Position numbers and translations under genes: made by a program. DNA of 64,000 nucleotides, taken from positions 1,015 through 65,014 of the forward strand of contig DASZPY010000014.1 of the NCBI GenBank assembly GCA_035549855.1. Reading direction: 5' to 3'. The stretch's first letter is position 1; each line of letters begins with the position of its first letter. Below are positions 58,288-64,000 of this stretch, piece by piece. The notes below the pieces were generated by a model, which did not search any database, was not told the DNA's origin, and saw only the letters and a list, made by a program, of their open reading frames with translations. Source of the DNA: Devosia sp. GTDB taxonomy: Bacteria > Pseudomonadota > Alphaproteobacteria > Rhizobiales > Devosiaceae.

Positions 58288-61055
58288 AGCGCCCGCGCTC
58301 GCGCATACCAGGCAGTAGCCGCTGCTTCCACCTCCATGCGCATCTCACGGACATCCGCATCGAGCCGCTCGAAGCTGGGGGCATTGGTGAGATGCGCGAG
58401 CAATTCACGAAAGGCCGTTGTCCACCCCGCATCTTTGAATGGATCGTTGAGTGCCGCGCTCATGGTCTGCAAGATCGTCGCGTAGATGCGGTGCGTCTCG
58501 ATCAGGCTATCGGCCTCCGGGAGCAGTCCCAGTGCGCCAAGACGCGCCAGCACGCGAGGCACTGTCGCCTGCGGCAGCGCGATCGCCTTGCCGGCCACCA
58601 GTTGCGCGGACTGCGCGATGAATTCGAGATCAATCAGGCCGCCCGGCTGCAGTTTCAGGTCGAAGGCATGACGCGGCTGACGCTCCTTGGCCATCAGGGC
58701 ACGCATGGCGACGACATCGTCGATCGTCTTGGCCACATCGCGGGGACGCGCGAGTATGGTCGCGATGGCCTCGCCGATATCGGCGTCGAAGCTTCCATCC
58801 GCCACCGCTACCCGGGCGCGGCTCAGCGCCAGATGTTCCCAGGTCCAGGCATTCTCTTGGTGATAGGTGACGAAGCCTGGAAAGCTCGTTGCGAGCGGAC
58901 CTGCATTGCCTGACGGCCTCAGCCGCAAATCGACGGCGTAGAGCACGCCCTCCGACGTCGGCGCCGTCACGGCCGCGACGAGACGCTGCGTCAGGCGCGC
59001 GAAATACTGGCTGGCCGGCAGCGGCTTCTCTCCATTGGAGTCCTCCGTTCCCTGCGTCTGGTAGAGCATGATGAAATCGAGATCGGAGGCCGCGGTCATC
59101 TCGCGGCTCGCCATCTTGCCGAAGGCGAGCAGTCCCGCCCGCGCCCCCGGCACCACGCCGTGGCGCTTTTCGAATTCGGCGCGGACGGCCGCGAAAAGCG
59201 TGCGCAGCAGTGTCTCGGCAAGCGCGGTGAATTGTTCGCCGGCGCGTTCCGCCGTCACGGTGCCCGAGAGCAGTGCCGCCGCGATGAGGAATTGCTGTTC
59301 CTGTCCGATGATGCGGGCCCGATCGATCACCTCCTGGAAGTCCCGCGCCTCGCCGAGGAACGCATCGACCTTGGCGACCAGCACTGCCGGCCGCGAAACC
59401 TCGTCGGCAAAGGCCGGATCGATCAGCGCATCCATTACATGAGCGCGGTGGATCACGGCTTCCGCCATGCGCGGCGCCGATGCCATGAGTTGTACCAGCA
59501 GCGCGCGCAGATCGGCATAGTTGCGCAACAGCGCGAAGAGCTGGATGCCGGACGGCAGGCGCGACAGGAAATCGTCGAAGCGTGCGAAGGCATCGTCGGC
59601 GCCGCCGGTTTCCGCGATGGTGCTCAGCAGTGCGGGCAGCAGCTCCGTCAGATGGGCGCGGGCCGCGGCGGCGCGTGTTGCGCGGTAACCGCCATAGTGC
59701 CATTTGCGCACAGTCGCCGAGACTTTCGCCGGATCGGCGAAGCCCATGCGCGCGAGCGTGTCGAGCGTTGCCGGATCGTCGTCCGTTCCCGTGAAGACGA
59801 GATCGCCGCCCTCGGCGCCCAGCGGCGTGCCTTCGGTGAAGAGCTCGGCGTAATAGCCCTGCACGCGGTTGAGCGCCGCAAGGTAAGATGACTCGAACTC
59901 CCCCAGGGACGCAAAACCCATCAGTAATGCGACGGTGCTCAGCTCGGCAGGATTCTCCGGCATCGTATGCGTCTGCTCGTCGCGCAGCATCTGCAGCCGG
60001 TTCTCGACGGCGCGCAGGAACCAGTAGGTTTCGGTGAGCTGGCCGGCGGCGCGCTGGCTGATCCAGCCGGCGCTCGCCAGCGCCGCAAGCGCCTGCGTCG
60101 TGGGCCGCACCCGCAGCGACTTGTCGCGGCCGCCCGCGATCAGCTGCTGAGTCTGGACGAAGAACTCGATCTCGCGGATGCCACCACGGCCGAGCTTGAC
60201 ATTGTGGCCCGCGACCCGCGCTTCGCCGACGCCCTTGGCAACATTGATCTGGCGCTTCATAGCCTGAATGTCGGCGATCGTCGCGAGGTCGAGATGCTTG
60301 CGCCAGACATAGGGCGCAAGCTCATCGAGGAAAGCCTCCCCCACACCGAGGTCCCCGGCGCAGGGCCGCGCCTTGATCCAGGCCGCGCGTTCCCAGTTCT
60401 GCCCACGGCTTTCGTAGTAGGCCAGCGCCGCGTCGATCGACAGCGCTACCGGAGTCGATCCCGGGTCGGGGCGCAACCGCAAATCGGTGCGGAACACATA
60501 AGCGTCGCCCGCACGCTCCTGCGTCAGCGCCGCAAGCCGCTGCACGATGCGGGTGAAGACCTTGCCGGCTTCCCCCGGTTCCGTCAGCGGCGCGCGCTGC
60601 GGGTCGTAGAACGCGACGATGTCGATGTCCGAGGAATAGTTGAGTTCGCGGCCGCCATGCTTGCCGAGGGCGAAGATCGCGAGACCGCAATTTGCCGCCG
60701 TCGTCCCCGCCGCGAACTGGCCTTTGCCGATCGCCTCGCCGATGAGTGCGGCGAGCCCTGCATTCAGCGCCACGTCGGCCAGATCGCTCAACGCCGCGGT
60801 CGACTCGGCCGGTGTGATCCGTCCGGTGACTTCGCCGGTGCCCACAAGCAGCGCGATCTTCTGCTTGAGCAGCCGCAGTTCGGTCGCCACATCCGCGGAT
60901 GGCCGGCTCGTGTCGGGCGCGACCTGCCCCAGCAGTTCCGCCACGACGGTTTTGGGATCGTGCTCCCGCACTTCCTCCCACCATGCCCCGAGTTCCGAAG
61001 CGAGACGACCCAGATAGGGCGCGGAGGCGAGCACGGTTTCGATGGAAACAGCCAT
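58284..61055 (-). CDS. glnE: Glutamine synthetase adenylyltransferase/deadenylase
   Basis: GKHGGRELNYSSDID, DLRLRPDP, KLGRGGIREIEF, second domain SDLD/DLRLRPSG. Confidence 0.96.
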   Translation of the reverse strand: MAVSIETVLASAPYLGRLASELGAWWEEVREHDPKTVVAELLGQVAPDTSRPSADVATELRLLKQKIALLVGTGEVTGRITPAESTAALSDLADVALNAGLAALIGEAIGKGQFAAGTTAANCGLAIFALGKHGGRELNYSSDIDIVAFYDPQRAPLTEPGEAGKVFTRIVQRLAALTQERAGDAYVFRTDLRLRPDPGSTPVALSIDAALAYYESRGQNWERAAWIKARPCAGDLGVGEAFLDELAPYVWRKHLDLATIADIQAMKRQINVAKGVGEARVAGHNVKLGRGGIREIEFFVQTQQLIAGGRDKSLRVRPTTQALAALASAGWISQRAAGQLTETYWFLRAVENRLQMLRDEQTHTMPENPAELSTVALLMGFASLGEFESSYLAALNRVQGYYAELFTEGTPLGAEGGDLVFTGTDDDPATLDTLARMGFADPAKVSATVRKWHYGGYRATRAAAARAHLTELLPALLSTIAETGGADDAFARFDDFLSRLPSGIQLFALLRNYADLRALLVQLMASAPRMAEAVIHRAHVMDALIDPAFADEVSRPAVLVAKVDAFLGEARDFQEVIDRARIIGQEQQFLIAAALLSGTVTAERAGEQFTALAETLLRTLFAAVRAEFEKRHGVVPGARAGLLAFGKMASREMTAASDLDFIMLYQTQGTEDSNGEKPLPASQYFARLTQRLVAAVTAPTSEGVLYAVDLRLRPSGNAGPLATSFPGFVTYHQENAWTWEHLALSRARVAVADGSFDADIGEAIATILARPRDVAKTIDDVVAMRALMAKERQPRHAFDLKLQPGGLIDLEFIAQSAQLVAGKAIALPQATVPRVLARLGALGLLPEADSLIETHRIYATILQTMSAALNDPFKDAGWTTAFRELLAHLTNAPSFERLDADVREMRMEVEAAATAWYARARAL

Positions 61056-61158
61056 GGCTTGGGATAATCGCGTGGACCGCTCTTCACAAGCTGCGGCGCT
61101 AGGTGACAACGATTGGCCGTTGTGATTGGTTCGCGCCGGTCACGCCTCCGAGGATTTC

Positions 61159-61758
61159 ATGCGCCGCGCCTTCGCCCTGTTCGTCCTTGCCACAGTCTTT
61201 GTCGCCGGGCCGGTTCTGGCCGACCAGCTCACCGGAATGGGCGCCAACATCCATGGCAATTACTTCTCATTCCCGAAGGCAAATCTCGACAAGACACCGG
61301 TGGGCAAGATCAAGGTTGGAGCGCTGAGCGTCGGACTGGCCTCCACCAAACTCAAGGATCTGGCCAAAGCCTTCGGCGGCACGATCCGCAGCGGCGGTGG
61401 CGCGACCTGGGTCTGCTATCACACCGAAGACGCCAACAGCTGGTTCATCTCGAACGCGCAGGGCGGACAGGAATTCGTGATGATGGTCGCCATGCAGTCA
61501 GCATCCGGCAATGCTCCCGCCGATTGCGACGATGCGAACGCGAAGTTCCGCCTGCCCGATCTGGGCGTGCCGGGCCTCGGGGCGAAGGGTGCCGATCTCA
61601 AGGCGACGTTCGGCTTCGCGTCGGGCAGCAAGGTCGCCTATCGCGCCGACCGTGCCGGCGGCTATTCCGATATCGCCCAGTATCTCGGCTACGTCCTCAA
61701 GGGCGGCGCCGTGACCGGCGTCGCCGTCGGCGAGACCACGATCCCGACTGCGCACTGA
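61159..61758 (+). CDS. Secreted hypothetical protein
   Basis: RBS GAGGA, signal peptide MRRAF...VLA, two Cys, host-like codon use. Confidence 0.75.
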   Translation: MRRAFALFVLATVFVAGPVLADQLTGMGANIHGNYFSFPKANLDKTPVGKIKVGALSVGLASTKLKDLAKAFGGTIRSGGGATWVCYHTEDANSWFISNAQGGQEFVMMVAMQSASGNAPADCDDANAKFRLPDLGVPGLGAKGADLKATFGFASGSKVAYRADRAGGYSDIAQYLGYVLKGGAVTGVAVGETTIPTAH

Positions 61759-61761
61759 GCC

Positions 61762-63174
61762 TCAGCTCGCCGGCAGGTCGATCACCGCGCGGACGCCCGG
61801 CGCATTGTCCTCGATGCGCAACTCGCCGCGGTGCAGCCGCGCCACTGCCGCGACCAACGAGAGCCCAAGCCCGGAGCCCGGTTCGGTACGGCTCTTCTCG
61901 AGGCGCACGAAGCGCTCCACCACACGGCCGCGGTCCTCGGCGGGTATCCCCGGGCCATTGTCGGAAACCTCGATCAGCACCCGGCCCTTCTGCGTCCGCA
62001 TGCCGACCACGATGCGGCCCGTCTTGCCCTCTTCCGGCTCGTAGTATTTGAGCGCGTTGTCGATGAGGTTGACCAGCGCCTGGCCGATCAACTCGCGATT
62101 GGCGCGCAGCGTGACTCCCGGCTCGATACGCGTGTCGAGCGCGATCCCCTGCTCCTCCGCGACGGGCCCATAGAGCTCGGCGACGTCCTCCGCCACAGTG
62201 CTCAGATCGATATCGGCGAAGGCGCCCGAAGGGGCTCCGGCCTCGGCGCGGGCGATCATCAGCAGGGCGTTGAACGTCTTGATGAGCTTGTCGCTCTCGC
62301 TGATCGTCGTCTCCAGCGCCGCGCGCTGCGCCTCGCCGGGCTGGGATTCGCGCAGCGCCGCTTCGGCGCGGTTGCGCAGCCGGGTCAGCGGCGTCTTGAG
62401 GTCGTGCGCCACATTGTCCGTGACTTCCTTCAGCCCCTGCATCAGCGCCTCGATGCGGTCGAGCATGGCATTGAGGCTGGTCGCGAGCACATCGAACTCA
62501 TCGTTCCGTTTGGTGAGCGGGATGCGCTCGCTGAGATTGCCGGACATGATCTTGGCCGAGGTGGCGTTGATCGCGTCGATGCGGCGCAGCACGCGCCGCG
62601 AAGTGACGACGCCGGCAATCGTCGAGAGCACGAGGATGCCGCCGACCCCCAGGACGAATGCCTGGAATACGATGGCGGTGAGCCCGCGCCGCTCGACCAC
62701 GTCGCGCCCGACGATGAGCCGCAACCCGCTGTCCAGCACGACGGAGCGGACCACCGCATAGCCCTGCGGCGGGTCCTCATCGTCGTCGGGCACGGTCTCT
62801 CCGTCGAACGCACCTTCGCGGTCGTAGTTGAAGCTGAAGACGCCCTCGGTCTGCAGCACATTGATAGGAAAGCTCGCGACATTGCCGGCGATCTGCAGGC
62901 CCGCATTGTCGCCGAGATAATAGATGCCCGGCCCCGGCTGGCTGGCGAGCCGCGCGACGGCGAAGACGATGCCGCGGATGCCCTGGCGGCTATCGACGCG
63001 CCGCAACAGTTCGACCTCGCGGTCGATGTCGGCCGTCTGCTGGCGCTGGATCTGGATCGAGGACTGGTAGGCGATGAAGGTCAGCAGCAGGATCGCAAAG
63101 ACCACGAAGAGCAGCATGAACAGCGCCGTCAGCCGCACCGTCGAGGTGCGCCAGAGCTGGGCGAGCCTATTCAC
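61762..63174 (-). CDS. HAMP-domain sensor histidine kinase
   Basis: Two TMs, HAMP, AHDLKTPL, NLIDNA, DNGPG, GSGLGL. Confidence 0.93.
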   Translation of the reverse strand: MNRLAQLWRTSTVRLTALFMLLFVVFAILLLTFIAYQSSIQIQRQQTADIDREVELLRRVDSRQGIRGIVFAVARLASQPGPGIYYLGDNAGLQIAGNVASFPINVLQTEGVFSFNYDREGAFDGETVPDDDEDPPQGYAVVRSVVLDSGLRLIVGRDVVERRGLTAIVFQAFVLGVGGILVLSTIAGVVTSRRVLRRIDAINATSAKIMSGNLSERIPLTKRNDEFDVLATSLNAMLDRIEALMQGLKEVTDNVAHDLKTPLTRLRNRAEAALRESQPGEAQRAALETTISESDKLIKTFNALLMIARAEAGAPSGAFADIDLSTVAEDVAELYGPVAEEQGIALDTRIEPGVTLRANRELIGQALVNLIDNALKYYEPEEGKTGRIVVGMRTQKGRVLIEVSDNGPGIPAEDRGRVVERFVRLEKSRTEPGSGLGLSLVAAVARLHRGELRIEDNAPGVRAVIDLPAS

Positions 63175-63838
63175 GGATCATGTATCCGGCGCCGCGAATG
63201 GTATGCAGGAGCGGATTGGCGAAGCCGCGGTCCACCTTGGAGCGCAGCCGCGACATGTGGACGTCGATCACATTGGTCTGCGGATCGAAGTGATAGTCCC
63301 ACACATTTTCGAGCAGCATGGTGCGGGTCACGACCTTGCCGGCATTCTTCATGAGATATTCGAGCAGGCGGAATTCGCGCGGCTGCAGCAGGATCGTCTC
63401 GCCCGCGCGCTCGACCTTGCGCGAGAGCCGGTCGAGCTTGAGGTCGCCCACGTCGTAGCTGGTCGCGGCCTCACCCGGGTTGGAGCGACGGGCGAGCACT
63501 TCGATGCGCGCCAGCAGTTCCGTGAATGCATAGGGCTTGACGAGATAGTCATCGCCGCCGGCCCTGAGACCAGTGACGCGGTCGTCCACTTCGCCCAGGG
63601 CGGAGAGAATCAGAACGGGAGTCTTGTCGTTCTCGGCGCGCAGCGATTCGATGATGGAGAGGCCGTCGCGGCGCGGAAGCATGCGGTCGATGATGAGCAC
63701 GTCATAGTCCATGCCCGAGGCCATGGCATAGCCCGTCTCGCCGTCCGAGGCGTGGTGCGTGACGTGACCGGCCTCGTCGAGCGCCTGGATCAAATAGCTC
63801 GCGGCTTCGCGATCATCCTCGATGAGCAGGATTTTCAT
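63167..63838 (-). CDS. OmpR-family response regulator
   Basis: LLIEDD, IDRMLP, DDYLVKPY, NVIDVHMSRLR. Confidence 0.95.
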   Translation of the reverse strand: MKILLIEDDREAASYLIQALDEAGHVTHHASDGETGYAMASGMDYDVLIIDRMLPRRDGLSIIESLRAENDKTPVLILSALGEVDDRVTGLRAGGDDYLVKPYAFTELLARIEVLARRSNPGEAATSYDVGDLKLDRLSRKVERAGETILLQPREFRLLEYLMKNAGKVVTRTMLLENVWDYHFDPQTNVIDVHMSRLRSKVDRGFANPLLHTIRGAGYMIRE

Positions 63839-63921
63839 GTGCCAAACCTAGTGACGCTGAGGCGGCAATTCAATGAAGTCCGGCCCCGGGCTGTGCGCTC
63901 CGGGACCGGCTTGGGAGACCC

Positions 63922-64000
63922 TTAGTTGGAGGCTGCGAGCGGCAGGCCGAGGAACCGGACCTGTCCGTTGCGCTCGGCCTTGACCAGCGCGGTCGGCAGG
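63922..64000 (-). CDS. C-terminus of a probable Do/DegP-family PDZ protease (partial)
   Basis: ...ALVKAERNGQVRFLGLPLAASN* resembles a PDZ end; position upstream of this two-component pair fits rhizobial gene order. Confidence 0.5.
   Translation of the reverse strand, partial: LPTALVKAERNGQVRFLGLPLAASN

Noticed and set aside
1-64000. CRISPR arrays, tRNA/rRNA, IS, integrase, prophage or defence genes
   Set aside because: None seen; intergenic spaces are short and nearly all coding space is assigned to host-type genes.

Overview
High-GC alphaproteobacterial chromosome segment. Gene content and order (cysS-cimA, nadE-gltX, cobT/cobS, pepN-kinase-glnE-TCS-degP) look like Hyphomicrobiales/Rhizobiales; this is inferred. 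It holds about 59 CDSs, mostly core metabolism, plus an N-heterocycle uptake/catabolism cluster (1-7.2 kb), an RND pump and a mannose-type cluster. I saw no rRNA, tRNA, CRISPR, IS or prophage. The strongest signals are two small ORFs absent from the ORF track as separate entries. (1) An apparently leaderless 16-aa peptide MKTTRAICIICAIICC (4 Cys, 5 Ile) lies directly upstream of an operon starting with cysteinyl-tRNA synthetase and ending with citramalate synthase, with alternative RNA pairings: a candidate dual Cys/Ile attenuator. (2) A 29-aa Arg/Lys-rich leader with a strong RBS and mutually exclusive hairpins lies in front of an ABC exporter: a candidate drug-inducible translational switch. 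Also notable are a cryptic 24-aa repeat membrane protein, a short divergent kinase at the pleC position, three CtrA-like boxes, and an M24-fold enzyme lacking metal ligands in a sugar operon. All calls come from motif recognition by eye; no database searches were run.
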